Source: Nitrospirota bacterium (GTDB lineage Bacteria > Nitrospirota > Nitrospiria > Nitrospirales > NS-4). From it: a stretch of 64,000 nt of DNA. The notes below the pieces were generated by a model. It searched no databases and was not told where the DNA came from. It saw only the letters and a program-made list of their open reading frames with translations. The stretch spans positions 352,001-416,000 of the forward strand of contig CAWBGA010000001.1 of the NCBI GenBank assembly GCA_963788195.1, written 5' to 3'. The position numbers were made by a program, and so were the translations under genes. Within the stretch, counting starts at the first letter, position 1. Each line of letters begins with the position of its first letter. Of the stretch, positions 9,998-22,519 are shown one piece after another.

Positions 9998-11195
9998 ATG
10001 CCCAAGCACCATGCGCATGCCGCCATTCGTGTCGAGCCGCCTGAGCGTGCAGTGACAAAACGGACGGCTCTGTCCCTGTGGCCGGGGATATTTCTTCGCT
10101 GGTTCTACCAAAACCGCTCACTTCGACTCACTTCCGAAGGCCTGCGTTTTGTATTGATCGCATTGGCGGTCGGAATCGCTGCCCTCAATACCGGGAATAA
10201 TCTCCTGTACTTGTTGCTCGCCATGATGCTTGCCTTAATTGTGGTCTCGGGTGTGCTGTCTGAGAGGTGCCTCAAAGGTCTGAGCATTCAGAGGAGGCTC
10301 CCAGCACATCTCTTCGCCGGCGAACCTGCGACGGTCGCGCTACGGGTGACCAACGAGAAGCGCCACTTCCCGAGCTTCTCGTTGAGGATCAGCGACGTGG
10401 TCGTCGGCGCTGCACAGTTCGCGGCGACCCACCTGCTGTATTTGCCACCGAAGGGAAGCACAGTGCACTCGTACCGCCTGCTGTTTCCCAAGCGTGGACA
10501 GTTCCGGGTCGAAGCCACGAAAGTTTCAACACGTTTTCCCTTCGGCCTATTCGTGAAGATCGCGACCCTTCCAAATCAGGCGGAAATGGTGGCCTATCCT
10601 GCGCCGAAGCCTTTGCCCCAGGCGATCCTTGATGCGCTTGAAACCATCGGGCATGACCGAGCGGCCTCCCGGCGAGGGCCGGGAAGCGGGCTTTATAATC
10701 TACGCGACTATCACGTCGGCGATGATTCGCGAAGCGTGCATTGGAAGACCTCCGCACGGCAGTCTCGTCTAGTTGTCCGGGAGACCGAGGCTGAGGATCA
10801 ACGGCAAGTCACGCTTGCCTTGGCGAGCCAGGCGCCGGTCGGGATGCGCGCGCTCACGCTGACCGCGACCCAAGACTTTGAGCGGGCAATCATTCTCACC
10901 GCCTCGCTCGCGGCGCATTTTCAGCGTCAGGGGTTTGCACATGCGTCTCGTTATCGGGGATGAAGAGTTACGCTTGGGGACAGGCCAGGGCCACTTTTAT
11001 CGAATCCTGCGCTTGCTGGCCTGTTCGCGCTTGTCTCTGAACACCGGAGCGCCCATTCCCTCCTCCTTTTTGACACTCTCGAGCGATACCGCATTGGGTC
11101 AGCTCGTCCTCCTCATTCTGCACTGGGAGGATGACCAACTTCGAGCGGCCTGCCGAGGGGTCACGCGGTATTCTGGACGCCTGAACGATGTTTGA
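9998..11195 (+). CDS. DUF58 domain protein (frameshift near 10940)
   Basis: AALNTGNNLLY, TRFPFGLF, LRDYHVGDDSRSVHWKTSAR; canonical MoxR partner. Confidence 0.8.
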
Positions 11196-13359
11196 ACGGA
11201 CCTTTCGTCTCATCTCGGTGTTGCTCGCCGCCATCGGGTTCGTTGGATTGACTGCCACCGGGGATTTGCCTCCCGGCCTGGTCGTGCTGGGCTTGCTTGC
11301 GCTGGCGGTGACAGCGGCCTCAATGACGGCCTGGGCAAAGGGCACGGTTCTGGAAAAGCTCAGCCACGTCCCGCGCCGGATGTGGGACATCCTTCTCATA
11401 GTCGCGTTTATTGCTCTCATCGTGGATTTGATCTTCCTCTCCATGGACATCCTGGCCTCTGCCGTCAATTTTCTCATCGTGCTCATGGTCACCAAGCTCT
11501 TCACTCTACGAAGCCGCAAGGACTTTCTGCATCTGTATGCCGTGAGCCTTTTGGAACTGTTGGCGTGCGCAGCATCGACTCAAGACTTATGGTACGTGCT
11601 CATCTTCTTCGCGTATCTGTTTGTCGCGATCTGGGTGCTCCTGCTCTACCACCTACGTAACGAGGAGGAGGAACGTTCAGCGGTGGTCTCTGCATCGGAG
11701 ACGTCGCGATCGAGCTTGGCGCCGATTCGTGTGATTACTGCTCGATTATTCTGGACAACGAATGCCGTCGCTGCCGGCACATTGTGCCTGACAGTCGTCT
11801 TGTTTTTCGTCATCCCACGTATCGGCATCGGGTATTTTCAAAAATCCCGCGCTGACCTGATTCGAACCTCTGGGTTTTCCGACAAGGTGGATCTGGGGGT
11901 CATCGGCGCCATCAAACTGGACCCGACCGTGGTCATGCGAGTCGAATTTCCTGAGGAGCCAGGCCCGATTTCTGACCGTATGCATTTGTATTTTCGCGGA
12001 GCGGCGTACGACACGTATGACGGGCGGGCGTGGTACAACCGATTTACCCGCCGACGCTCGCCGACACGCCGATTGAATGGTTTCGTCAAGGCGAGCATGG
12101 CTTCCCCGATGCCGACCGCCGGGGCCACAGAGATCAGGCAGGAGATCCTTCTTGAGGCCCTGGATACAAACGTTCTTTTTGGAATTCCGTATATGCATCG
12201 GGTCAAGAGCGCGTTACCGGTTTTTCAGACGGATGAGATGGGCGGATTTTATCTGTCATTCCCGCCTTCCACGCGATTTCAGTACACGGTGTTCTCGATT
12301 CCTGAGATGCTGCAGAAAGGAGACCGGGACCGAGCCTCCATCGATGTTTCCCAATCAATGAGAGAACAATATCTCCAATTGCCGAGTGTAAGCCCCGACG
12401 TGCAATCCCTCGCCGAGAAGGTTACGGAGACATCCAAAAGCAGCTACGCGAAGGCACAGGCTATCGAACGCCACCTCCAGGAGAATTATCGGTACAGTCT
12501 GGATATTGAAACCTCGGTACAGAAGAGTCCCATCGAAGAGTTCCTGTTCATCCGAAAGACCGGTTACTGTGAGCATTACGCCTCCGCGATGGTCGTGCTG
12601 CTTCGGACCCTCGGGATTCCCGCCCGACTCGCCACCGGCTTTCTGGCAGGGGAGTGGAATGACTTCGGACATTACTATACGGTGCGGCAACGCGACGCAC
12701 ATGCGTGGGTAGAGGTGTTTTTCCCGCTCTCGGGATGGATGACATTTGATCCGACCCCGAATGTGATTGGGGCGGCCCCCAATCCGTTTTTGACGAGTGC
12801 CGGGAAGTTGGTCGACTCCATCCGTCTCCAATGGGATCGCTATGTGATCCGGTACAGCTTTCGTGATCAGGTCTCTATCAGCCACGACGCCCGGGCTCGT
12901 GCGGCCACGTACGGGGAACGGCTCTGGGCATTGGCGACACTGTCCGCTCAATGGATTAAATCGGTGGGGCAGTCGGTGGGAGAGTTCTTCATTCCCACTC
13001 GTCGGCTTTACATCACCGGCAGCATTGTTGTTTTGTTCCTCATTGCGACAACGCTGCTCCTGCGTCGTCGTGGCGCTGCGTCTCGGCGAACGGGCACATC
13101 CGACAACCAGACCGCTGCGACCGGCATGTACCGGCAGATGCTGGGCCTTCTCGAGTTACGCGGGATAAGAAAGCTCGAAAACACCACCCCGTTTGAATTC
13201 GCTCGGCTCGTCAGCCGGGACGGAAAGGATCTTGCGCCGTTCGTGCAGCCCCTCACAGAATGGTATTGCAGGGTTCGCTTCGGCCCTGCAGCGGCCGAGC
13301 TGCACGATCTCGCGCCGGCAACGCGCTGGCTCGCGGGGCTTCGAGCGACGCCGCGCTGA
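11188..13359 (+). CDS. membrane transglutaminase-like protein (DUF3488 + TGase, TgpA-like)
   Basis: N-terminal TM helices; GYCEHYASAM, DAHAWVEV, FDPTP catalytic triad motifs. Confidence 0.9.
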   Translation: MFERTFRLISVLLAAIGFVGLTATGDLPPGLVVLGLLALAVTAASMTAWAKGTVLEKLSHVPRRMWDILLIVAFIALIVDLIFLSMDILASAVNFLIVLMVTKLFTLRSRKDFLHLYAVSLLELLACAASTQDLWYVLIFFAYLFVAIWVLLLYHLRNEEEERSAVVSASETSRSSLAPIRVITARLFWTTNAVAAGTLCLTVVLFFVIPRIGIGYFQKSRADLIRTSGFSDKVDLGVIGAIKLDPTVVMRVEFPEEPGPISDRMHLYFRGAAYDTYDGRAWYNRFTRRRSPTRRLNGFVKASMASPMPTAGATEIRQEILLEALDTNVLFGIPYMHRVKSALPVFQTDEMGGFYLSFPPSTRFQYTVFSIPEMLQKGDRDRASIDVSQSMREQYLQLPSVSPDVQSLAEKVTETSKSSYAKAQAIERHLQENYRYSLDIETSVQKSPIEEFLFIRKTGYCEHYASAMVVLLRTLGIPARLATGFLAGEWNDFGHYYTVRQRDAHAWVEVFFPLSGWMTFDPTPNVIGAAPNPFLTSAGKLVDSIRLQWDRYVIRYSFRDQVSISHDARARAATYGERLWALATLSAQWIKSVGQSVGEFFIPTRRLYITGSIVVLFLIATTLLLRRRGAASRRTGTSDNQTAATGMYRQMLGLLELRGIRKLENTTPFEFARLVSRDGKDLAPFVQPLTEWYCRVRFGPAAAELHDLAPATRWLAGLRATPR

Positions 13360-13378
13360 AACCGCTTCCCGTGCTTTC

Positions 13379-13407
13379 TTGACAGGGTAGAGAGGGGGGA
13401 ATAGGAT
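13379..13407 (+). promoter_or_regulatory. sigma70 promoter upstream of nfeD
   Basis: TTGACA-17 nt-TAGGAT. Confidence 0.55.
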
Positions 13408-13428
13408 AGCCGTGAATTGAGCGGATTT

Positions 13429-14756
13429 ATGCAGATAAACCGAGGCCGGGCAGGGTATTTTACCGCTGTCCCCTGTTTGTCTGTGCTGTTTTTTGCCCTA
13501 TTCTTCCTGCCTGTGCCCGCATCCTCAGGTCCAGACTCCGGACTAGTCTATCTGGCCACGTTTGAAGGCGTCATCAACCCCGTCACGGCGGAATACATTA
13601 ATTCTGTGCTTTCGCAGGCCCAGGAAGGCAGTGCCACAGCCGTCGTCATCCAGTTGGATACGCCGGGAGGATTGGATACCTCCATGCGACTGATCATCAA
13701 GGACATCACCTCCTCAGCGGTCCCCGTTATCGTGTATGTGGCGCCGAGCGGAGGGAGAGCGGCATCGGCGGGAGTCTTTATTCTGTACAGTGCTCACATT
13801 GCTGCGATGGCGCCCGGAACGAATGTCGGCGCGGCGCATCCGGTGGCGATGGGCGGCGGGGAGATGGACGCCGTCATGAAATCGAAGGTGGAGAACGACG
13901 CGGCGGCGTATATCAAATCAATCGCCGAAAAGCGTGGTCGAAACGCCAAGTGGGCTGAAGAGGCCGTTCGAAAGAGCGTCTCCGTGACTGAAAAAGAAGC
14001 CCTAGCTTTGAAGGTGATCGATCTGATCGCGGATGACGTTCCGTCTCTTCTCACTGCCATAGACGGTCGCTCAGTGGTCACAGGGGCGGGCAAGAACGTT
14101 CTGCATACCAAGGGAGCGACGCTCAAGGACCTGTGCCGATGGGATGGCGGTTGGAAGCTTTGAAAGCATTGAGTGACCCCAACATTGCATTTATCCTCAT
14201 GACCCTTGGGACTATCGGTCTTTTGGCGGAGCTCTATAACCCCGGCGCCATACTTCCTGGTATTGTGGGGGCGATCAGCCTCATCCTGGCGTTCTATTCG
14301 CTTCAGACTCTGCCGGTGAACTACGCCGGCGTGCTACTTATCATCCTCGGGATCGTGCTGTTTATTTTGGAGATCAAAGTGGCGAGCTATGGATTGTTGA
14401 GCCTCGGGGGCTTGGCCGCGCTGATCTTTGGCGCGCTCTTGCTGGTGAAGACGGATGCTCCGTTCCTCAAGGTCTCGCTCTCGTTGATCGTTCCCGTGGC
14501 TGTGCTGGTTGGGGCGCTGCTCATGACACTGACATGGATGGCCGCCAAAACCCAACGCCGGGCGGCCGTCACAGGGGCAGAGGGCATGATAGGTACGATT
14601 GCGCTCGCCAAGACCGACGTGGCCCCGCGAGGTCGGGTGTTTGTCCATGGAGAGATGTGGGATGCTGTGAGTGAGGAGCCCATTCGTGAGGGCGAGGAAG
14701 CCAAGGTCAAAGCGGTCTCAGGCCTGACGCTAAAGGTGGCACCGCACCGCAAATGA
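13429..14756 (+). CDS. nfeD: NfeD-family membrane serine protease (frameshift near 14133)
   Basis: LDTPGGL, AASAG, AAMAPGTNVGAAHPV; TM region; C-terminal OB-like GRVFVHGEMW. Confidence 0.88.
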
Positions 14757-14771
14757 TTCGAAAGAGGAGCC

Positions 14772-15525
14772 GTGATGTTGATGCCCTATGTACTGCCGAT
14801 CATTCTTGTTGTCGCGCTGATCTATACCAGTATCAAGATCTTGATGGAGTACGAGCGCGGCGTGATTTTTTTCCTGGGAAAATTCCAGACCGTCAAGGGA
14901 CCTGGGCTCATTCATGGTGATTCCGGGCATTCAGAAGATGATGCGTGTCAATCTTCAGACCGTCACGATGGATGTGCCGTCGCAAGACGTCATCACAAGG
15001 GACAATGTCTCGGTGAAGGTGAATGCCGTCATTTTCTTCAGGGTCGTCGATCCGCAGCGGGCGATCCTCGCGGTGCAGGACTACCTCTATTCGACGTCTC
15101 AGATCGCCCAGACCACCTTGCGAAGCGTGCTCGGCCAGAGCCAGTTGGACGAACTACTCTCGAAACGCGAAGAGATCAATGTCGAACTGCAACGAATCAT
15201 CGACCAGCAAACTGAGCCATGGGGGGTCAAGGTCTCCGCGGTCGAGGTCAAAAACGTGGACTTGCCGCAGGAGATGCTGCGGGCGATCGCCAAGCAGGCC
15301 GAAGCCGAACGCGAGCGCCGGGCCAAGGTGATTCATGCCCAAGGCGAATTCGAAGCCTCGCAAAAGCTGTCCGAGGCCGCCACGATTCTAAGTAATCCGA
15401 CTGCGCTACAGCTGAGATATTTGCAGACTCTTGTCGAGGTCGGGGCTGAAAAGAACTCGACGATCATCTTTCCAATCCCAATTGATATTATTGCCTCCGT
15501 GTTACAAGCCGGAAAGAAGCCCTGA
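14772..15525 (+). CDS. SPFH/stomatin (slipin) family protein (frameshift near 14913)
   Basis: [45 protein letters not shown]. Confidence 0.9.
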
Positions 15526-15536
15526 CAAGTCCATCA

Positions 15537-16934
15537 ATGGAACAATCCCTGCCCTGGCAAGGATTCCCCCGCAGGATCGCCGGATTGGTTTCGCTCGGCG
15601 AACTATAATGCCACCCAGATCGTTCCCGTCGCCTTTGCGGGGTTCATTCTCGTAGGCGCCCTGATGTTAATGACGCCGTTCGCGACGAGCGGACGAGCCA
15701 TTGGGTTCACTGACGCCCTGTTTACAATGACCTCGGCCGTCATGTGTGACAGGTCTGATCGTGCTCGACACGCCAAAGGATTTCACGGTCTTTGGGCAGT
15801 TGGTCATCCTGACCGGAATCCAGGTCGGTGGGCTAGGGTACTCGACAATGGCAACGTTACTGTTGCTGTCGCTTGGCCGAAGGCTCGGCATGCGTCAGCG
15901 GATGATGATGATGGAAGTGTTGAGCACGTTGAGCATGGAAGGCCTGGTCGCGTACGTCAAGATTATTGCCGTCATAACGCTGGTTATCGAAGCCGCCGGG
16001 GCGATCCTTCTCACGGCTCGGTTCGCCTTTGACATGGACCTCGGACGCGCCCTTTATTTCGGAATTTTCCATTCCGTGTCGGCATTTAACAATGCAGGGT
16101 TCTCCCTCTTTTCGGAAAACCTTATTCCTTACAGAACCGATCTGGTTGTCAACCTCACGATCTCGCTTTTGATCGTCCTGGGGGGGATCGGCTTTTTGGT
16201 CTTTCGGGATATCCTGGACAATCTTCACGGAGAGCGCTTTCGGTTTTCGACGCATAGCAAACTGGCGCTTCTCGTCATCAGGATTGTTGATACTTGGAGG
16301 GACAGTGGGTATATGGGGTTTTGAAGTACAAAACGATGAGACCCTGGGAACTCTGCCGTTAGGAGAGCAGATGCTGGTGGCGTACTTTCATTCGGTCTCG
16401 GCGAGAACGGCAGGTTTTAACACGATCGATCTAAGCCTGATGGGCCACTCGACTCTTTATCTCATTATCCTTCTCATGGTGGTGGGGGGATCCCCCGGAA
16501 GTACGGCAGGCGGAATAAAGACAACCACCTTTGGCATTATCATCGCGTCCCTCTGGAGCATCCTGAAGGGCCGCGCGGATGTTATGATGTTCCATCGGCG
16601 TATCCCGCAGGAAATTGTGATGAAGTCGTTTGTGTTAGCGGCCCTGGCGTGGGGCGTGGTCACGGGTTTTACAATGGTGCTGTCCTATTCTGAGAAGCAG
16701 GAATTTCTAAGAATTCTATTCGAGGTGGCGTCCGCCGCTGGAACCGTCGGGCTGTCGACCGGCAACGGAGGAGTCTTGAGTTTATCCGCCCTCTTTAGCG
16801 AGTTCGGGAAACTTATGATTATCGGCACAATGTTCATAGGGCGATTTGGGCCCCTGCTGCTCGGGTTATTTGCGGTACGAACCCATGAAGAGCTTCGTTA
16901 CCGCTATGCAGAGGCACGCGTGGTCATCGGATAG
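15537..16934 (+). CDS. ktrB: TrkH/KtrB potassium uptake membrane subunit (several frameshifts; start approximate)
   Basis: TSAV..TGL, SAFNNAGFS, RTAGFNT, GSTAGGIKTTT, GTVGLSTG pore-loop motifs. Confidence 0.85.
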
Positions 16935-16947
16935 TGAGGGAGAATGA

Positions 16948-17637
16948 ATGAAACGGCAGGTGGCGGTGATCGGGCTCGGACGATTCGGTTATGGCGTTGC
17001 GGAAACTCTGATCCGCAAAGGATGTGAAGTTCTCGCGATCGATACGGACCCTGAAAAAGTCCAATCGATCAGCGATCTGGCCACTTTTGCTGTCCAATGC
17101 GATGCCACGGATCAAAGAGCGCTCAAGGCGATCAGCATTCAAAATGTCGATGTAGCCGTGGTGAGTATCGGTGAAGACATCGAAGCCAGTATCCTGATCG
17201 TTCAGACGTTGAAGGAATTGGGCGTCAAGCAGATCATCGCTAAAGGGGTCACACCTCTCCACGGCAAGATCCTGGAAAATCTCGGGGTCACCGAAGTGAT
17301 CTTTCCCGAACGCGACGCCGCGACCCGTCTGGCCCAACGGCTGATATCTCCTAATGTTTTCGAATACTTTGAACTGGTACCGGGTTATAGCGTCGAAGAA
17401 GTCGCAGTGCCTAACCACCTCTCGGGGCTCCGACTCCGCGAGGCGCAGATTCGCGAAAATTATAGTATCAACGTGATCGGGATAAAGAAGAAGGTCACCC
17501 GCATGGTCAAAGGTCAGATGGTCAGTGAGGAGGTATTTAACGTGACGCCTTCGCTCGATGATGTCATCGAAAAGGGGGATGTGCTGGTCGTCATCGGGAA
17601 GCAGGAAGACCTCGATCGCCTTACCAAGCTGGAATAA
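16948..17637 (+). CDS. ktrA: TrkA/KtrA NAD-binding regulatory subunit
   Basis: VIGLGRFG Rossmann motif plus TrkA_C domain. Confidence 0.92.
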   Translation: MKRQVAVIGLGRFGYGVAETLIRKGCEVLAIDTDPEKVQSISDLATFAVQCDATDQRALKAISIQNVDVAVVSIGEDIEASILIVQTLKELGVKQIIAKGVTPLHGKILENLGVTEVIFPERDAATRLAQRLISPNVFEYFELVPGYSVEEVAVPNHLSGLRLREAQIRENYSINVIGIKKKVTRMVKGQMVSEEVFNVTPSLDDVIEKGDVLVVIGKQEDLDRLTKLE

Positions 17638-17640
17638 ACT

Positions 17641-17738
17641 ATCGCACCCAACCCGCCCCGGCCCCCGCCAAGACGGAGTCCCTTTCCCGCGGACACCCGC
17701 CCTCCCCCCGGGAGTTTGTGTCCAGATTCCTCATCTCC
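17641..17738 (-). repeat. cluster C of dispersed hairpin/G-tract repeat
   Basis: minus strand GGGAAAG-GGACTCCGTC-TT-GGCGGGGGCC-GGGGCGGGTTGGGTGCGAT plus a degenerate second unit. Confidence 0.75.
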
Positions 17739-17766
17739 TTGCAACGTTCGCCCTTGTATCTTGATT

Positions 17767-18912
<1,146 letters not shown>

Positions 18913-18929
18913 CATTCAAGACAGTCGCT

Positions 18930-18988
18930 GAGCCTGTCGAAGGGCCACCGCTACGCTCCCGTTCTGCTTCGACAAGCTCAGCACGAAC
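18930..18988. repeat. right part of the REP-like palindrome interrupted by the IS110 (left part 17746-17754)
   Basis: GAGCCTGTCGAAG...CTTCGACAAGCTCAGCACGAAC; reconstituted arms pair at 19 of 22 positions. Confidence 0.85.
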
Positions 18989-18994
18989 AGGAAT

Positions 18995-19190
18995 TTCGCC
19001 CTGGAGAGGCTTTGCCAGGAGGACACGCATTTGCGCCTTGCATCCATCTCGCCCCGCCCTGGAACCTTATTTCACCCGCCACACCCCGGCCCTGTATTGC
19101 ACCCGCCCTTCCCCCGGCATGCCAAGACATGCCGTCGGCCCATGGGACGGGGCCTTGGCCCGGACAGGTTCCTTCTGCCCCTAGCCCCGC
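18995..19190 (-). repeat. cluster D of dispersed hairpin/G-tract repeat
   Basis: minus strand CGGCATGTC-TT-GGCATGCCG-GGGGAAGGGCGGGTGCAAT (hairpin 19115-19134) plus degenerate units. Confidence 0.7.
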
Positions 19191-19239
19191 TACTTGATAT
19201 GCCGCCAAGATGGGTTACCAACGCGGCTTGACCTTCTAC

Positions 19240-19267
19240 TTGATATCCGCCCAGCGCTGGTTACTAT
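19240..19267 (+). promoter_or_regulatory. putative sigma70 promoter for the sigma factor gene
   Basis: TTGATA-16 nt-TACTAT; a degenerate copy lies at 19194-19221. Confidence 0.45.
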
Positions 19268-19497
19268 TATTTATCCGGACACGAGCTTAAGAGGTAAGAC
19301 GCTGGCCCGGTAGTTTGACAACTAGGCGGCGACGCAGAGCTTTTTGTCTATTGTGCAAACAGAAAGGGTTACCTTACCAAGAAACAGGAGCCTGTGGATT
19401 CATAGAACATTAGACATTTTACAGGGATCGGGTGTCTAACGGGTTAAAGACACGGAAGCCCTCTCGGAGAGACTCATAGGATATTAAGGTGTCGACC

Positions 19498-20721
19498 ATG
19501 GATGAATTAGCCGAAAAAAATCTAAATATTGACGAGGATGTCGAAATAGCGCCCGACCTCGCCCTTGTAGGAACAGAAGAGCAAGGCGAGGAGATCCCGC
19601 CTGGCGACGAGGATGTCCAGCCAAAGGCCCGAGCCACTAAGCGGCCTGGGGAGCTGGAGTGGATGTATTTCCAGTCTTTTGGAAAACAGGCCCTACTGAC
19701 GCGTGAGGGCGAGGCGGTTCTCGGAAAACGCATTGAACGGGGAGACCGCCTTGTTCGGCAGTCCACACGGAGCGCACTGGCGATTGCAAGGCGGCTTCGG
19801 CCCTCGGAGGCTGTGAAGGCGTGCAGGGTGGACTTTAAAGCTGTGCTTGCAGTGAGCGGGCTCTCGGCTACAGATCTCGAAAAAGGTAGCCGAGCGATTA
19901 AAGCTTTGATCAAAGAGGTTGGAGTGCCGGGCGGCCGGCTGACCTCCCAGGCCCGGACACTAAAGGCTCTTCTCGAGGAGTTCCGGGTTGGGTGGGCTGA
20001 GCTTGAAAAGGCCAAGGCTGAAATGGTGGTGTCCAACTTGCGATTAGTCGTTGACCTCGCCAAGCATTACAATGGGCGGGGACTGAGTTTGTTGGACCTT
20101 ATTCAGGAAGGTAACATCGGCCTCATGAAAGCGGCCGAACGGTTTGATTATCGGCGCGGATTTAAGTTCAGCACCTATGCGACATGGTGGATACGTCAGG
20201 GAATAACGCGCGCCCTGGCCGATCAGTCCCGTACTATCCGAATTCCCGTTCACATGACGGAAAACTTTCAACGGGTACACAAGGCCAGTCGGCAACTGTC
20301 TCAGCGCCTAGGCCGGGCTCCTTCCATTGAAGAAGTGGCGGGGTCCGTAAAATCCACAGGTGAACGAGTGGCTCAGACCCTGCAAGCATTCCAGGAAGTC
20401 GTCTCTCTCGAATATCCCGTCGGTGACGGAGAGGCCTTGCTCGGCGACTTTATTCCGGATCGTGAGTCGCCGACTGCAGACAGTCTCGTAGATCGAAGTC
20501 AAATGAGCCAACAGGTGGCGCAGGTGCTAGGGTCGCTCAGCCCTCGTGAAGAGGCGGTGGTCCGCCTACGTTTTGGGATCGGTCAAGGCGAAGCCATGAC
20601 GCTCGAAGAAGTAGGACGTACCTTAGGGGTTACACGTGAACGCATTCGCCAGATCGAAGCGAAAGCTCTGATAAAACTTCGCACTCCGGAGTTCCAGCAA
20701 GTATTACGTCCGCTGCTTTAG
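19498..20721 (+). CDS. RNA polymerase sigma70 factor, RpoD-like, no obvious region 1.1
   Basis: [47 protein letters not shown]...[10 protein letters not shown]. Confidence 0.93.
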   Translation: MDELAEKNLNIDEDVEIAPDLALVGTEEQGEEIPPGDEDVQPKARATKRPGELEWMYFQSFGKQALLTREGEAVLGKRIERGDRLVRQSTRSALAIARRLRPSEAVKACRVDFKAVLAVSGLSATDLEKGSRAIKALIKEVGVPGGRLTSQARTLKALLEEFRVGWAELEKAKAEMVVSNLRLVVDLAKHYNGRGLSLLDLIQEGNIGLMKAAERFDYRRGFKFSTYATWWIRQGITRALADQSRTIRIPVHMTENFQRVHKASRQLSQRLGRAPSIEEVAGSVKSTGERVAQTLQAFQEVVSLEYPVGDGEALLGDFIPDRESPTADSLVDRSQMSQQVAQVLGSLSPREEAVVRLRFGIGQGEAMTLEEVGRTLGVTRERIRQIEAKALIKLRTPEFQQVLRPLL

Positions 20722-20783
20722 ATGCTTCTGTGATGTTCCGGTCAGCTTTCTCATGAATCCTAAATATGCCACAATAGGGGCCG

Positions 20784-21818
20784 ATGGAGCCTGGAATGCG
20801 AAAAGTCCGCTGGGAGGTCTTGCTGAGACGCAACTCCGTCGGGCTACTTATGGCACTCGGCGTCTTGACTGTCCTTCCCGTCGGCGCTCAGACTGCGCCT
20901 AAAAGCCTCTCGGTTCCCGATACGGTGGCGGAGGTATTACCCTCCGTCGTCAGCATCATGTCTCAGGGGACACGGGTTGCGCCGTTTCAACCGTTTCCCG
21001 CAGGTTCCGGTTCAGGTATCATCATTGCTCCGGGGTACATTTTGACGTCCAACCATCTGGTCACGGGCTCAACCCGACTCGTGGTGGGACTTCATGATGG
21101 TCGCCTGGTTCCAGGTCGGGTCGCGGGACGGGACTTCCTCACGGATCTTGCTTTGATCAAAGTTGAGATTGACGGTCTGGTTCCTGCGAAGCTCGGGCAG
21201 TCGTCGAAGCTGCGGATTGGTGAAACGGTGGTCGCAATCGGAAACCCATTGGCAGTAAAAACAGGCACTACGGTGTCGGTTGGCGTCGTGAGTGCAGTAG
21301 ATCGGGCGATCTTGCCTCCAACCGGCGAAACTCTATACAATCTGATTCAGACAGATGCCGCGTTGAATCCTGGCAGTAGCGGGGGTCCACTTGTCGATCT
21401 GTCTGCCAGCATCATCGGAATCAGCACCGCCGTGGCCCCTGCCGCACAGAATATCAGCTATGCCATTGCCATCGATGAGGCCTTCGCGGTGGCGCAATCA
21501 TTGATCGTCCGGGGGAGTATGTTGCGACCCCCGCTGGGTTTTACTCCCATCACTATAACTCCCAGCGTTGTCGCTGCTTTCAACCTTGATGTGGAGCGGG
21601 GGGTGTTAGTCCTCCAGGTTGAAGCTAATGGCCTTGCCGCGGAAGCGGGCCTTCGAGATCAGGACGTGATCACCGCTGTCGATCTGACACAGATCTATAA
21701 CATGTCGGACTTGTGGCACGCGCTGCTCAGAAATGGCGCCTCTCCCGTTGCAAGGCTTTCCGTGGTGCGGAAGGCCGCGCAGGAAAATATTCTGATTAGG
21801 CGCCCCATTAACAAGTAG
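20784..21818 (+). CDS. HtrA/DegP-like serine protease with PDZ domain
   Basis: GSGII, TSNHLV, DLALIK, IQTDAALNPGSSGGPL, C-terminal PDZ. Confidence 0.9.
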   Translation: MEPGMRKVRWEVLLRRNSVGLLMALGVLTVLPVGAQTAPKSLSVPDTVAEVLPSVVSIMSQGTRVAPFQPFPAGSGSGIIIAPGYILTSNHLVTGSTRLVVGLHDGRLVPGRVAGRDFLTDLALIKVEIDGLVPAKLGQSSKLRIGETVVAIGNPLAVKTGTTVSVGVVSAVDRAILPPTGETLYNLIQTDAALNPGSSGGPLVDLSASIIGISTAVAPAAQNISYAIAIDEAFAVAQSLIVRGSMLRPPLGFTPITITPSVVAAFNLDVERGVLVLQVEANGLAAEAGLRDQDVITAVDLTQIYNMSDLWHALLRNGASPVARLSVVRKAAQENILIRRPINK

Positions 21819-21826
21819 GATTCACC

Positions 21827-22519
21827 TTGGTTTTCCCGGCTCGTCTCCTTAACCTGGGATTGACTACGTATGCGGACGCCTGTGATCTCCAGGTATTGCT
21901 TCATGAGGCCCGCGCGGCTAACCGAATTGAGGATATACTGATTATTACTGAACATCTTCCAGTGTATACCCGTGGTCGCACGGCGCGTCCCGAGCACTTG
22001 GCGGGATGGTGGGATCGAAACACGATCAATGGCATCCCGGTATGCATAACCGACCGCGGCGGCTCGGTCACCTACCATGGACCCGGTCAGCTTGTGGGAT
22101 ACCCCATCCTTGAGCTCCGGCGGTACTGTGCCGGCCCGAAAGCGTACGTCGGTCTTTTGGAAGAAGTGCTGATCCGAGGCCTGTCACAGCTGGCGATAGT
22201 GTCAACCCGCCGCCGTGGCAAGCCTGGGGTATGGGTGGACGGGCGGAAGATCGGCGCCATTGGGGTCAGGATCTCAAAAGGGGTGACACGGCATGGGTTT
22301 GCGCTGAATGTGACAAATGAGCTCCACCCGTTTTCAGCAGTTTTGCCTTGTGGGCTGAGCGACTGTGTCGTCACCTCCGTTGCCCGCGAATCAGTCGGGG
22401 AGGTGACTTTCAGCGCGGCCATGCAGGCGGTGACAAGAGAATTTCAACAGGTATTCGAGTTGTCTTGGCTTGACGGGCTACAGGACATGGAGGGGAAGGC
22501 ATGCACGCCGACGATCTGA
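21827..22519 (+). CDS. lipB: lipoyl(octanoyl) transferase
   Basis: EHLPVYT, DRGGSVTYHGPGQLVGYPI, KIGAIG, HGFALN, PCG. Confidence 0.95.
   Translation: MVFPARLLNLGLTTYADACDLQVLLHEARAANRIEDILIITEHLPVYTRGRTARPEHLAGWWDRNTINGIPVCITDRGGSVTYHGPGQLVGYPILELRRYCAGPKAYVGLLEEVLIRGLSQLAIVSTRRRGKPGVWVDGRKIGAIGVRISKGVTRHGFALNVTNELHPFSAVLPCGLSDCVVTSVARESVGEVTFSAAMQAVTREFQQVFELSWLDGLQDMEGKACTPTI

Noticed and set aside
9350..10963. Apparent MoxR-DUF58 fusion protein (537 aa)
   Set aside because: MoxR ends at VPVPL next to an out-of-frame TAG (9987-9989) and DUF58 has its own ATG at 9998; one indel in an error-rich sequence explains it.
18995..19003. Second IS110 target-like site TTCGCCCTG
   Set aside because: Matches the left guide, but the right side reads GGAGA rather than GAGCC; it is unoccupied and probably incidental.
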